Assembly: GCA_030390025.1 (NCBI GenBank)
Contig: CM059448.1
Location: 4,154,001-4,218,000, forward strand
Source: Squalus acanthias
Lineage: Eukaryota
Length of the DNA stretch: 64,000 nucleotides
Reading direction: 5' to 3'
Shown piece after piece: positions 1-13,700 of the stretch. The translations under genes and the position numbers were made by a program. Each line of letters begins with the position of its first letter. Within the stretch, counting starts at the first letter, position 1. Below the pieces are notes generated by a model, which made no database searches, was not told the origin of the DNA, and saw only the letters and a program-made list of their open reading frames with translations.

Positions 1-400
1 CCCACTCCAGAGACTTGAGCACATAAATCTAGGCTGACAGTCCAGGGCAGTGCTGAGGGAGTGCTGCACTGTCGCAAGTGCAGTCATTCTGATGAACCAT
101 TAAACTGAGGCCCCGTCTACTCTCTCGGGCGGACGTAAAAGATCCCATGGCACTATTTCAAAGAGCAGGGGAGTTCTCCCCGGTGTCCTGGCCAATATTT
201 ATCCCTCAATCAACATCACTAAACAGATTATCTGGTCATTATCACATTGCTGTTTGTGGGAGCTTGCTGTGTGCAAATTGGCTGCCGCGTTTCCTACATT
301 ACAACAGTGACTACACTTCAAAAAATACTTCATTGGCTGTAAAGTGCTTTGGGATGTTTGGTGGTCATGAAAGGCAATATATAAATGCAAGTCTCTTTTT
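1..400 (+). mobile_element. tRNA-derived DeuSINE (SacSINE1/AmnSINE1-like), cut by window start
   Basis: Contains ...ACAGATTATCTGGTCATTATCACATTGCTGTTTGTGGGAGCTTGCTGTG...ACAACAGTGACTACACTTCAAAA... and the tail ATATAAATGCAAGTCT; near-identical copies occur elsewhere in the window. Confidence 0.85.
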
Positions 401-1934
401 TATATCTATCTTGCAGGCATTGGCAACCATAAGTGGTAATTGTATACCGTACACATGTCTGGCATAACAATTAACTTCTTCAGTCAGGTGGATCAACACA
501 TGTTCATCCTATATGGTGCCTGGGCTACATGTCGAATGCTGATTTATCAGTCGATTATTGACTGTAAGCCAGAAACAGACTAGATTCTGGCAAATTTCTC
601 TTGGCCCAAGCCTGAGCACATTATTTTAATTTTAAGCTTGGTTCATTTTTAATACTGTAAATTAAATATAATTAAATGCAGCTGACATACTCAAATCACA
701 ATGTTTGCCAATTACCAAATCAGTGATTGACACAAGTTTCACAATACATTTATTAAACTGGAGTAAAAGGCTACTTAACTTGAAAAAGGGATTAAAAAAG
801 TGTTACAACCTTGCGTGTGAAATTCTTATTAGTTTATCAAGCATTTAGCCATGAGTGGCAAGGAGCAGCCCTATTGCTTATGTACTGAATTATAATAATC
901 TGGCAGGGCACCATTCAGTTGGCAAAAGAGGAATAGAAAATACAGGCATGTCCAGCTTTTGGTTAGGACACTACCAGCCTCTAATTGTATCCAAGACTGG
1001 GACGGAGTTAAACTGCATTAAGCAAATTAGAACAGGTAAAACTCAACTGCAGGAGATAAAAATCTGAAATTTACCAAAGAAATTACTAAAGTTATAAAAT
1101 AATGCATCTGAATATAGTCAAAGGGTCTCCGTTATGGATGGGGCGGGGAGGAGGGTGTTTAAGGCAGATAGTCTCGATATTCTATCCGCACGACAAGATG
1201 CAATGCAAAAATCAATTCATAGCTGAGAATATGAATATGTTGTAAGTGACTGGGGGGGGGGGGGGGGGGGGGTTGCGTGATGAATTGCAACCTCTGAAAC
1301 CTAGGCCCCAATCCATCTTGGACTGCTCTCTCTGATGTCTGTTCATCTAATGAGCTTAGGACCCTAGCAATCCAGCTACAAGCAAACAGGAGTCCAAAAC
1401 ACATGACTACCCCAAATTTGGCACACTTTGGGAAGCTCACTCAAAGACGAGAGATTACTGGTACAGGAAATGGAAAGGTCACGAGTGCAATGAAATTCTT
1501 CTGCAAGTGGTTAAGATGCATTGCTGGGGCAAGCGTAATAAGCGATTTCCTCTGCATCTATTCTACGTTGTAACTGTATTACTAGTATCCTCAAATTGTT
1601 CAATGAAAATACTGATGCAAAATATTAACATTTACAAAAAATCCAACTTTCTTCATCACAAACTTCAACCTTCCAACCCCCCCACCCCACCCCACCTCAG
1701 CCCAATTTTCCTCAAACATTTTTCAGTTGGAATTCAGGAAGATTGGGGTTTTACCCTAGAAAGGAGTAACAATGTCATGGCAGAAAAAAATATTTGTATA
1801 CAAAATCTAACCCTTTTCAAAATTATCAGGGATGGGTTTAAAGTTCTGTGATCAGTAGAGTAAGTCAATAATAGGCATGGCAAGTAAGCTCCACTGTATT
1901 TCAAACAGCTGTTGTAGGATATTATAGCACATAC

Positions 1935-2019
1935 CTTTCCAGCAAGTTGTGAATGGCCTTAAAAAGCAGCGTTCGGCACTCGTAAGACAGTCCCTGTTCC
2001 CACAATCCATCCTCTTCAA
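1935..2019 (-). CDS. MED13L: Mediator subunit 13-family coding exon 3 (gene continues beyond window start)
   Basis: Acceptor ttttcattttgcag|TT, donor GAAAG|gtatgt; 85 nt. Translates (V)[28 protein letters not shown]. The phase-1 start matches the exon 2 end. Confidence 0.95.
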
Positions 2020-2196
2020 CTGCAAAATGAAAAAGCAATTAAAAAGTTAACACCTCCTGACAAAATGTAATTTAAAAAGAAAAATCTACATACTGAAGAC
2101 AACTTGCATTTAGTTATCACAGGAAAATAAACGGATGATCATAGCCATTCTGACTGCTGCTCTCCCCGCCATCCCTCTTCATGAGACCACTTAGAT

Positions 2197-2454
2197 CAGG
2201 GGTGTCCAAACTGTGGCCCACAATCATAGGCAACCAAGTCCTAGTTGCACTTGCATTTCTTGTTCACTATTTTATTCTATTTAAATTTTCTGCATCTAGT
2301 GATGTTCTGCGCTGTTGGTGCATTAGAGAATTAGTCCTAAATCAGAATACCAAGATTCAACTTGACCTAGTGAAAATGAATGGAAACATGGATTTAAACT
2401 TCATATTCTATGCACCTCTGCAGCCCACAAAAGCAAAAAGATTTGACACCCCTG
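2197..2454. mobile_element. hAT (Charlie-like) non-autonomous DNA transposon / MITE
   Basis: TIRs CAGGGGTGTCCAAAC / GATTTGACACCCCTG; 8-bp TSD ACTTAGAT / ACTTGAAT (6 of 8 match). Confidence 0.75.
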
Positions 2455-5400
2455 ACTTGAATAGTACTGAAGCATACATAGCCAAAACAAAGACAGGTAA
2501 ATACCAGGAATTACAAGTCAATGTAACCACCTTCAAGTAATAAAAAGCAGTCATCTTTATGAGAATGACAAGATTTTTTTTAAATTACATTTCACTATTT
2601 TTCAGAGTTTTCTTACATCTTAATCTTAACAGACATCCATTCTATAAATAATCACTGTAGACATACCAAGAGTGGCCCACAATCATGACAAATGCCTAGG
2701 TTGCTTAATTGGGTCTTCAAAACTCAAATAAACTTGCTGTTGTAAGTGATTTAGTATCCGATGTAGTATCCTAAATACATCTTTCAGAACGGTCAAGTGA
2801 GCAAGCTCTGCCTGGGGTTTCGCATCAGATTTACTTGTCCTTTCTGTCTCCCATCACCAGGTTCCCATCCTCCTGCCTGATCTGAAAGTCCATGGAGTAG
2901 AATAGCACACCCAACTGTTGATGGGAGTTGTAAAATTCGTTCAAGTCAAGAAATGCAATTACTGAATAAAACTAGTTAGCATCTGGAAATATAAAGCTGA
3001 CAAAAGTTAACTTAATTTTAGGAACAGGGAAAGAATACCTACAAACAGTTTGATACTGTAGCTGAATAATGCACAAACCACAAGGGGAGCCGAGCTCAAG
3101 CCACAGGAAGTGTTCAACTCATAACGAGAAGGTCGCAAGCTTGTCCAAAGACTTGCTGTCACTGCAACCTGCTTGCTCAGTTGAGAATTTTGTCAGGCTG
3201 ATAGAGTACTGAAGCAAAGCAAGATGTTCCTTCTCAAAAAGTGAGCGCACATTCTTTCCAAAAAGTAAAGAATACTTACCAAAAAAAAAATAATCAGTGG
3301 AACTGATATTAAAGCTCCGTTACCAGTCAGACATCCACTCATTCAATGCATAGGCTTTAGGTAAACATATCCATCGAACTGTTTTTCAAAATTTTTTTTT
3401 TTTTAATAATTATTTTCTTACATTTCTGGCTTTCAAAATTTGGCAGGGGAGAAAACAACCAAGAAAGGCATCAATTCAATTCGAATATGAAGATAATAAA
3501 AATATCCCCACTGCAAAGAAAAATATGTACACACTATTGTGCATCAGATTAGGCTTTTGCTTGTCACACTGCAGTTTTTACAATGCCCAACAGTTTTAAA
3601 AAACTGAACATTACTGTAAAAAGGTGACTGCGTTATACAAACAAATGTCTGGCAGTTAGCTTGAAGGTAGTAAATTCAATAGTGTGATTTTGCTGGTGTT
3701 CACGCACTCAATTTGTGAAGTCACATCAGAATTAATCAACTGAATTGCTGTTTTGTAACTCATTATCAGCTGCCTATTATCAGACATACAATTTTAAGGG
3801 TAGATATCCAGCAATATTGTTGAACTGGTGCTTGCAGTTTGTTGAACTAGTATAGTACAAATCAGCTACCTAGAGGGTCCAGAATTCAGTTCAATACTAT
3901 GCTTTGTGTCAAATGGATGTATTTATACAGCAGCGTGTGTTATTTGTACTATAATATAAATAAAAACTATTTGCTGCCAGGAAGCACACCTAGTAATTCT
4001 GCAAGCAATTATCCTTAACCAGGCAATGAAATGTTTTTTTATAACCATCACTGTCAACATGATGATCACACAGTGCAGTTATCTGCACTTGAATGCTGAA
4101 CCAGAAAAAATTGTAATAGCAAAAAGCAAGGTGTGGTTCCCATGCAGGCGGTTGATAAAAAGGAAGTGAGGTGCCATTTCAAGAAGTCCAGCATTAGGGA
4201 GGGCAGGATCAGTAAGTAGTGAGTTTTGACACTCTTGGCAGGCCTTGAAGCTGAGCATTGTAGAACAGAAAACTGCAACTGCTGCCAAAAGCAGGCAGCA
4301 GAAGCTGGGTAAACATTAACGCAATTGCATTTACCAATGGACTTTAACAAGGCAGTAAACACCTCAACAATCCAAGCAGAGGTCAAGTTTTATAAATTGT
4401 ATTTACATTTACATTACATATTTGTATGTGATTTCAGGTTATACCCAAACTGAATGATGTCGACAGGCAAGTAAGCAACTTACAACTGTGAACAATGGCT
4501 CTTGCAAATTGCTAGGACACTGATGTGATGCATTTGGTTAGGCTTAACAAAATGTTCTGGTTAAAATTTCAGAATTGAAAATTTGTACAATTCTCATCGC
4601 CCCTATTAGAAGGGAATACAATTCACCAATGGCAGTCAATCAATCTAGGGATAGTCAGTGGTATAAAACCGGTGAAATAATCTCTACTGTCATTTGCAAA
4701 AAGATCTTAGAAAAACCAACAATCCATTTAAAAGTTGGCAGGTACCCAAACAGTGTTGCAGAAACTGCCACAACTTGCTTTTCATGGAACGGTTTGTTCC
4801 ATACAATATGGAAAAGACAAGCTGCTTTAAAAGATGGCTGTTTTCCCCTTTGACAATTTCAGAATTGGAAGACACCAAGCACTGCATAAATCACTAAGAT
4901 TATCCTGTTAACCAACTAAGTAAAAAGGGTTTCGAAAGTGTAAATTTTCACTGCAGACTCACTGGTACTTGCCTCAGTGTTGCAGGGATGCATGCCATTT
5001 AATAAGAGGATTACCAACAGCTTTCCGAATAAGCAGTAATAAAACATTCAGGTCCCATTCAATCTTCTGGGACTGTAAACCATCCTGTACAAATTCTGGC
5101 AAACAATCTGGAAACAAATCCATTACAAAATCTACAACTTTCTAATTAGAGCTGCAGCAAACCTGTATATTCAAGCCTCTGACTGAACACATTACCAATG
5201 CTTTGAACAGTATTTTGTGGCACAAAAGTGCAGGAAATACAGGAACACAAGTGCCAAAGAAGGCAAAAACACTTCGGGTCAGAAGCTCAAATGAATACTT
5301 GGCACCCAATAGAAAGCCAAAATCCAGCTGGAGTAAACAGAGGGCCAGAGATTTGAGCTTCGTTACAGCCCTACACACAATATACATTCAACCACCCATG

Positions 5401-5957
5401 TAGTGTTGCAACTCCAGCGTTGCAACACAGTTTTCCTGATGCTACTCTGCATGACGTGAACACAAGGGAACAAAGAGCTCATGAAACATAGAACAGATAG
5501 ATTTTCATAAAAACAAAAAGTTACAAAGTAACAAAAATGCCTGGTCAAAGTTCAAGGTTGTAATACAATATTACTATTTAGACAACATTCACAAAGAGTA
5601 GATATAGTAACTCTTTCACTGGGATGCAACCTTCTAATACTTCAGCAGTAGGTATATTACACACATCAGTACTAATGCCAGTGCCAAGGAGAGGTTAAAA
5701 AAGTTATACTTAAGGCAATATACTTTAATGATAAGCCATGTGCTGCTTGCATGATACTGGATTCATCACTTCAAACACGTCCTCTTGCAAATTACAAAGC
5801 AGTATCTACCAGTACTTCAACACTGTTCTACAGCTCAATAGTCTCCATACATATTTGGAAGGACAACCTAAACCTCTACTTTTCCATGATTCAATGGCTG
5901 ATTTTTCCCCCAACCCAATATTCATGATGAGTCTAGGAGACTTTGTTCAGCTCCCAC

Positions 5958-6165
5958 ACCACCCTGACTTGGAAATATATCAGCCGTTCGTTCATTGTCG
6001 CGGAGTCAAAATCCTGGAACTCCCTACCTAACAGAACTGTGGGAGTACCTTCACCTCACAGACTGCAGCAGTTCAAGGCTGCAGCTCACCACCACCCTCA
6101 AGGGCAATTAGGGATGGGCCTTGCCAGCGACACCCACATCCCATGAACGAATATTGAAAAAAAAA
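5958..6165 (+). mobile_element. LINE 3' end (CR1/L2-group; tail shared with the MetaSINE-like element)
   Basis: SKSWNSLPN..FKAAAHHH coding remnant and tail CAAGGGCAATTAGGGATGGGC...CCCACATCCCATGAA plus an A-run; homologous to 50420-50960 and 58260-58400. Confidence 0.75.
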
Positions 6166-7504
6166 ATCTATGTACACTTGCCAACTGTTCTTGGAATCTA
6201 CAATAAGCAAATAGAGTCAGCATTGCAAGAACACTTCGAAAGTGTTTGTAGTCAGCAAGCACATTTAACAGGAGACAAAGTACAACCCACAGCACCTGAG
6301 CTACAGGGGGAGCAACAAAAAAGGAAAAAATTCTCCAAGGAAAGTGAAGTGACTTGTGTGCCACCCAACCAGCTAAAATTCATGGAACAACTTCCTTGTG
6401 ATGGGTTCCCTCAAGAGTAAGATCATGCTGTGGCTATGTGGTGTTGGGCTCTCACTGTGCAACATGTCCTGTATCTAGAGCAGCCAAGCAGAGGGTCTGC
6501 ATCGCTGGCAGCTGAATGCAGAATCTACATTCTCTTGCCACAGAATTTTCTTTGGCTTGCTGAAGAATTAGAGGTTCAGTCTATAGTTTTACACAAGTTT
6601 CCCCTCTTTCACACCCCCCAACTTCCATAGTTCAAGAGGGTATTGTATGGAATAAGTCTTGCATCCCCATTACAGAAATCCTAGCAACACATCAATAATC
6701 TGCACTTGCTACAATAAAGGTTACATTAATTGCTGAACTATGATTAAAATAGAATTCAGGAAGTGTTTGCTATAGAAAATATTTCCCTTGGAATTTTTTT
6801 TGCAAAGCAGGAGATGCAAAAATGGAATTACAATTCTCAAAAAGGATCACGGTTAAGCACATACACCACTTGTCCATTTAAACATTTCCACAGATACACA
6901 ACCTATCCTTCAATTATAGATTACATCTTCAAAAGCATAACCAAAGACTTATTGCCAAAAGTACCTCCCCTGTAGGAACACATTCCACCCCTACCATTAC
7001 ACTTCCTGAAATTTCTAGTTTCAAAATGCTTCCTAATTTTTAAAAAAGGTTGCAGGTCAAATTTTAATTATAGCAGTTTACCAGATGGCTGGCTATTTGT
7101 CACAGCAATCTGAATGATGACCCCAGGAAACGCAAGGTTTGTGGAGACTAGGTTTGATTGCAATCTTTATAATTCCTTCCCCCCTCCCCTCTCAAATCAG
7201 CAATGTCATTTTCACACATTCAGTAACATGGACAGCTTTCAAAAAGTGGTTTGAAGTTCCTAAATGTGACTTTTAGTGTAGTTTTAGATAGAATTCCAAG
7301 AAGATGGTTTTCCCTTTATAAAATTACTGCTTAAATATGGCACACTCTACATTTAGACCATTAAAAATTACAGCAGGATATATTTTAACTAGCCAAAGGA
7401 GCAGATAGATTTTATTTTTATTTTTTTTAAAAAGGGGGATATAGATACGTATCCTGCACATGGATAGAAGAGGGCTCAAAAATCAAGGTTATCCTTTATA
7501 TCTG

Positions 7505-7797
7505 CGCTCTTCCAATTTTGGCCTCTTAAGCATCCCCGATTTGAATCGCTCCACTATTGGTGGCTATGCCTTCAGCTGGCAATGCCCCAAGCTCTGGAAT
7601 TCCCTCCCTAAACCTCACTGTATCTGAATCTCTTCCTCCTTTAAGACGCTCCTGAAAAGCTACTTTTTTGACCAAGCTTTTGGTCTTCTGCCCTAATTTC
7701 TCCTTGTGGCTCGGTGCCAATTTTTGTTTCATAATGCTCCTGTGAAGCACCTTGGGATGTTTTACTAAGTTAAGCACTAGTTAAATAAAAGTTGTTG
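7505..7797 (+). mobile_element. L2 LINE 3' fragment
   Basis: TIGGYAFS..PKLWNSLPK..FKTLLK remnant and tail CTGTGAAGCACCTTGGGATGTTTTAC...AGTTGTTG. Confidence 0.7.
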
Positions 7798-10700
7798 TAG
7801 AGTTCGGATAGGTTGACTGCCAGAAATTTCAGATAAAAATCAGCAGTAACCATTTTCAAACTATCCAAGCCCACTGCGGACAGTGGGATCTGTATTTAGT
7901 GCAATTCAGAGTGCATAGTTAGGTGATAAAACAATCTGGTAAAATTTGCAGAGGATACCACAAAGATGCTGGTGCAGTAACACATTTAAAAAGAGACAAG
8001 ACTGCAAAATACATGTGAGCAACATTGGGCCCGTTTAGTGTTTCATTTACATAATAGGCAAATTTAAAATTTGGTTGAAGAAAATGTAGTGAAAAGGTGG
8101 ATTTACTTCATATTCCTGCAAATCAGGAGGGATACAGCAGTTGCATGCAGGGATTAAGCACATTATGCAGATTTGTGGCATTAAGTAATGAGTACCAATG
8201 AGTGCAAAGGATAATGAGGGTTTTATGGAGAATTGTTTGTGCGCTTCGTTCTGTTCCCTCCTCCAAAATTTAATTGGAGAAAGCAACAGTGATCATATAA
8301 TGCACCTCACAGCTGTCAAACATACGGCAAAGTAAAGATGGTGACCAAAAAAGTAAAAGTGACATCAGCTACACCTTTTCTTTCACACATTCTGCAACAA
8401 GTATAACAAAAGCAATTTTTGAAAGTTGCACAAAGTAGTTCCATATATAAAGTCAGAACAATTCCAAACTTAAAACATAGTACAACTTTATAATGAACAT
8501 TATAAATACTGTCATGACAATGTCATAACAAGGTTTGAAGTGCTGGGAATAGGATAATCTTCCTGAATAATTTTACCAGTCTTCCAAAATAAACTTCCTT
8601 TTAAACTTGGCAGACATTGCATAATTTTGATTAAACTCTAGATTTATTTCTGTACTTCATGGTACTGTAGCTTGCAGCTTAGCATCGGTTTTTGATTGGG
8701 AAAACAAGACTATTTTTCCTTACCAGTATTTTTCCCCCTCTCCTCACCCTACCCCATTCCATGGCCAGAAGAGCAACAGGAATCCTTGTTCCCATAGCTC
8801 AGCCAAGGATGCTTTGTACTAGCTGCCAAGAGATCCAGAAGAGTAATCCAGGATTACTCAGGTGCTTGTAGGAAATGGGTGACCTCCGTCCGCTTGCTGC
8901 CTTCCCCACGACCTAGCTAGAACATGTCATGTGAGAAATCGCAGGCGCAAAGCTGCGTCCTTCTATTACACAACACATCATTCCAACTGGCATCCTGGTG
9001 TAATATTTCTTAATTCTTCAATATGAATATACACAAGTTGGCACATCAACTCAAGAACTGAAATATGATTCTGCAGAATAAAAAAAATTACATTTAATCC
9101 CAAGTGCATCATGAAGACATTTTCCTTAAATGGTAGGTCTGGGTTGTAATTAATTGTCATTTTTAACATTTGAGGTAATTTTTCCAAACAAAAACAAAAT
9201 ATTTGATCCTCAACATGTTTAGCGCCCAAGCACCAAGACCCTTAAAATGTTAACTAACTTCAAAAACCAGGACAAGTAGGGTTTCAAAATTTTATAATGG
9301 AAATTATATTCAACTACAAAAAGAGTTGATCTGTATTCTTAGGCAAATTACATTGCGTTTCTCCTTAAAATTATAAACATTTAAATTAAAATGTAAAAGT
9401 AATAATAAATTATGCAATTCTCAATGGCCAGTTACAAATCCAGCCATGCAGTCAGAGAAGCACAAATAAAGACCAAACATTTTTCTAACAGGGAACGAGA
9501 ACAAAAAAAAAGGGAATCATCCAGGGCCAACCTCATACATTTCCACAGCAACAAGGATGGAATTGCAGAGATGTCTCTCAGTGAAGGATGCTGTATGGCA
9601 GAGGGATAAAATAAGCACCTTCAAAAAGAGGCAAAAAACAGGAGTTGAAGCTAGAGTTTTGAAAAAAAAGTATATTAACGGTATTGATGCAGAGAGTAAT
9701 TTGATGGTTTCTCTGCCTTTATTTCCCCATGTTATAGCTGGGGTAGAGCGAATGAAGGGCAACCCCCAGCTTATGTGCCTCTTGCAGGGGCTAGTTTAGG
9801 ACTACAGGCTTCAGTGTCAGCCATGGTGCTTGGCACAGAGATTACCAGGAGGTGCAGGAAAATATTTGAAGTGTTTAGGGAAGGAAAGGACAATATTGTG
9901 CGTAAAAGACAAGACAACAGAATATTCTTTTCTTCCTTGCTGGGGTACAGTATGAGTGCCAGCTGCCCTCCAATACCTCACCGATGTGGCCATTCTTCCT
10001 GTGAGCCACAGTCATTTAGCCATCATGCACTTAATTTTCCAAGTTACATGCCCGTAAGAATCCCCCCTACCCAACATTTTTCTCCCCTTCACAATGCTGT
10101 AATCACTTAAATATAAACAGTCTACAGCATTAGCATGCTAAAATTTCAAGCTTACTTAGAACAGCTGAAATGCTTTAGACTTAAGTGGCAGCTTCACAAC
10201 AGGCATACTTTTTGTCAAACCCCTTACAACAAAGCCTTGATTAAGCAGTTGGCCGCGAGGAAGCTTGTTGCATAACACTGAATATCTAGAATATCAAGGA
10301 GGTTGGCGCAATCGGTCCAGTATAGGTCCTTCCAGGATGATAAATGCAGATATTCAAACAGCTAATGATGAACTTGAGGCTCAAAATGAAAGCTGCTGGA
10401 AGGCATTACTTGAAGGCCAAGTACAAGAACAAGAACATGTGCTCACATATGATTGAACTGCAGAGACACAAATTTGCTGGTGCTGTTCTGCACCCCGTAA
10501 CTGGTAATCTGATAGGAGCACTGCGTGTGTCCATGCTAGTCAGAAAGGTAATAGTGGCAATACAGTCTCTTATTTTATGGCTAGTTGTGCTATTCGGCAT
10601 ACCACTTCAAGGGGAGCTCCTAGTAACTGTTGTCCACCTACTCAGGGCTAAAAACTACGCTAGTCAGTTATGTAATGAGCGTATTTTATTTTAATATATG

Positions 10701-13700
10701 CAGACACATGGCTCCCTTTCACCAGGTTTGTTTCCAAACCAAACTACAAGACATCCACATAAGCAGAATTTTTCTGTTTATTGACTGCACGCATTCTCCC
10801 CATAGGGGCACAGTTTAGTTACCCAAGACCAGAGAGTTTAGATGGCAGTTGGCAAGAGGCAAAGCTTGGGGAGCCCCAAGTACGACTGGCGTTGAACTGA
10901 CTAAAATCAAGCAGCAGAGCATTGATGAGCTGTCTATTGCTCGTCTAACTAGAATATCAAAAAACTGCATTTGGGAGAGGATACTGGCAACTTATTCGAC
11001 AGAAACCACACCTTCTCTTGGTTGATTAAAAACAGCACTGTCACTGAAAACATAAGGTCCCCTATCTGCCCTCCTATTCCATTTGGTTTTCTAAATCATA
11101 AGAGTACAAGAGTTAAGACGTAGTGATAAATTTGTATACAGCAATGTTCGGCCACAATTGGGGATCTACCTGGCCATTAATTGGGGATCTACCTGGCCAC
11201 TGTAAATAAAAGCATAATTTTCCAAGTAAATGGAAAAGAAATGTCCTCCATTTGATATTTACAATGCTAGGGTCCTTTGCAGGCTCAGCAGGTTTATCTG
11301 GCGAGAAACTGAGCCACTCACACCAGGAAACTCCCAGGTCCAATCCCTAGTTGAAGTCAGCTAATCTCAGCTGGGATGTTCCAATTAGCCTCCGCACCCC
11401 AGAGAATCGGGTTCTACCAACCTCACGAGAAACATCTATGGTGTTCTATCTAGAGGCAACAATTAGCGTTGAAGAAACACACCCGACCAGCAGCTAAACT
11501 CAGATTGTAGCCAACACTGAGAATCAAAGTTCAAACCTTAGAGTCAATTGTTCAACAACCCAACTGCCCAAGCTGCCAAAATACAACCAATATTAAATTT
11601 GAATACTGCCCAGTGACTCTCTAAGCAGTGAAAAAAGTTTACATATGCAGTAATTACAGTAATACTTACCCATTAAATCCACTGATTAATTTCTTTTGAC
11701 CAGCACAGTGTTTATAATGCACAGAAGGATGCTTACAGCAGAGGTCATTAAGTAGAGCAAAATCATCCCTCTACTCCCCAAAGTAATAGTCTGGTAGCAT
11801 TACCCGACTGCACATTACTAATTAATGAATGTTTCCTGACCCGAGCTCAGTAAGTGGTGCTTTTCACACATGGATTTACAGAGAAAGATGCAGTCAACAC
11901 ATTACAATTTATTATGCTTAGAAGATTTAATAGTTGAATTGTACGTGCATTTCACAATCTCCTCCACCCCCCCCCCCCCCACCCCAAATTTATTCAATCC
12001 TCCATTTTACGTAAAACCCAAAATGGATACAATGGTTGAAATGCAACCCTAAATAGTAAATCAGCTGTGCATCAGGTGTGTTCATTTTCCACACAAAAAC
12101 TGGAGACCTGGCAACGTGAAGCAAGGTACTTAATTGTTTAAATGTTGCGACAAGCATTGCAGTTATTAAGATTAAAAAAGACAGCTTGAATTATGGTGGA
12201 GATTGCTTCCAAATCAAGAAAAATGTTGGCATCTGGGAGCACATTTTAAAAACCTTTTGAAAGTTGGCAGTGAAAACATTTTATTGTTTTAAAGTGTCCT
12301 TTGGTTTTCCCCAAGACCACCAAATACAATAAAGATAATCTTGTGTGGTTTTACAAGACACAAGGCTTATCACAGTTGGAACAGCTAGCAATCCAAAGTG
12401 CTATAACAGATGTTCGGCTAGCATTGCAAGCTAGTAAACAGCAAGTTTAAAAGGCACTTCTGTAGCAAGTGTGAAGTCGGAGTCAGCAGCACAGTAATAC
12501 AACTATCAATTTTAAACGACAAATATAAAACAAGTCAAATTTCACACCTGCATCACTACCCGAGACTCACCATTTTATGGGTTCAAGGGTTACGGTTGAA
12601 ATTCGACTGACCAACAGGGACTGGCATCACACAGATGCTGTAAATAGGAGAGTAGCACTCAAGGTCACAGGACTCCACTTGAACACAGCTCTCCTGCAGC
12701 CCCAGCAGTAATGCAAAAGTACTTAAAATGATACATTGCATTTTTTTCTGACTGATCTGGGAGCAGATTGCCCACATTAAAAAAAAATCAAATCTTTGTA
12801 CCCAAATGTATTTCATTTTAGTATTGGCTTATATATTGGTACCAATATTCTAGAATTAAAAACTATATTGATACAACATTGAAGTCTAAATGTTTTTTAT
12901 AATACTTTTAATTAATTATTACTTTAAACTACTTTCACCACTACTTTCGTTAGTACTACAAACTCAAAATAGTCTCTCCAGACAAAAAGTTTGAGACATC
13001 AAATCTATAGTTGCACTGCTGGGACGTTTCTCAGATTAAGTTGGCAAAATACAAAAGAAATTCACAACCATTACACATCATTGACAGTGACAACACTGCA
13101 GATGCATACAAATCTTAGTCATTCATATCTAGCTTTCCCACAAAATGCTCGAATCTTCTATACACTAAATTGGAATTTTACACATAGCTAAGCATCGTGT
13201 TTGGCTAAGTGAATGCATGTCTGAACAGGAAGCAGACTGTGCCACACAAGGCCCTCACCCATTATATTATCTGCATGAATGAATCACATGCACTGATAGA
13301 AATATTAATTAGTGCAAGCGTCAACTGAAAAACAAGGAAATGCAAATCATGTGTAAGCAAGTTCCAAAAACAAACATCAGCTCACTCAAAATGTGCTGTC
13401 AATTGACAATGAAGTGCAAGTGTATCAGTAACGTTTTTCTAATTTTACAATTATAGTTGTGTCAATATCATATTTCACATAAAATGTAGCACACCCAAGA
13501 TAGTGAAACTCCTTCTACACTGCCTCAAAAATGTACCTCAAAATGCAACTTCAGAAAAACATCTGGGCTAATAAAAAAGCCATCCTGGAGGCAATGCCCC
13601 CCCACTCCAAGTCACCATCACGCCACAGCCATTCTGGCAAGATCAATTACAGGGAGCATCTCAAAGTAGCTCCATTAATCTCGACAGGAACCAGGTACTT

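Noticed and set aside
10265-10694. Overlapping ORFs of 63-116 aa with coding-like composition in intron 2
   Set aside because: No recognisable motif or consistent splice boundaries. It may be a very old transposon remnant, but I cannot support a call.
11156-11199. Short tandem duplications (also 19213-19245, 63765-63793)
   Set aside because: Ordinary 17-23 bp slippage or repair duplications, with no sign of function.
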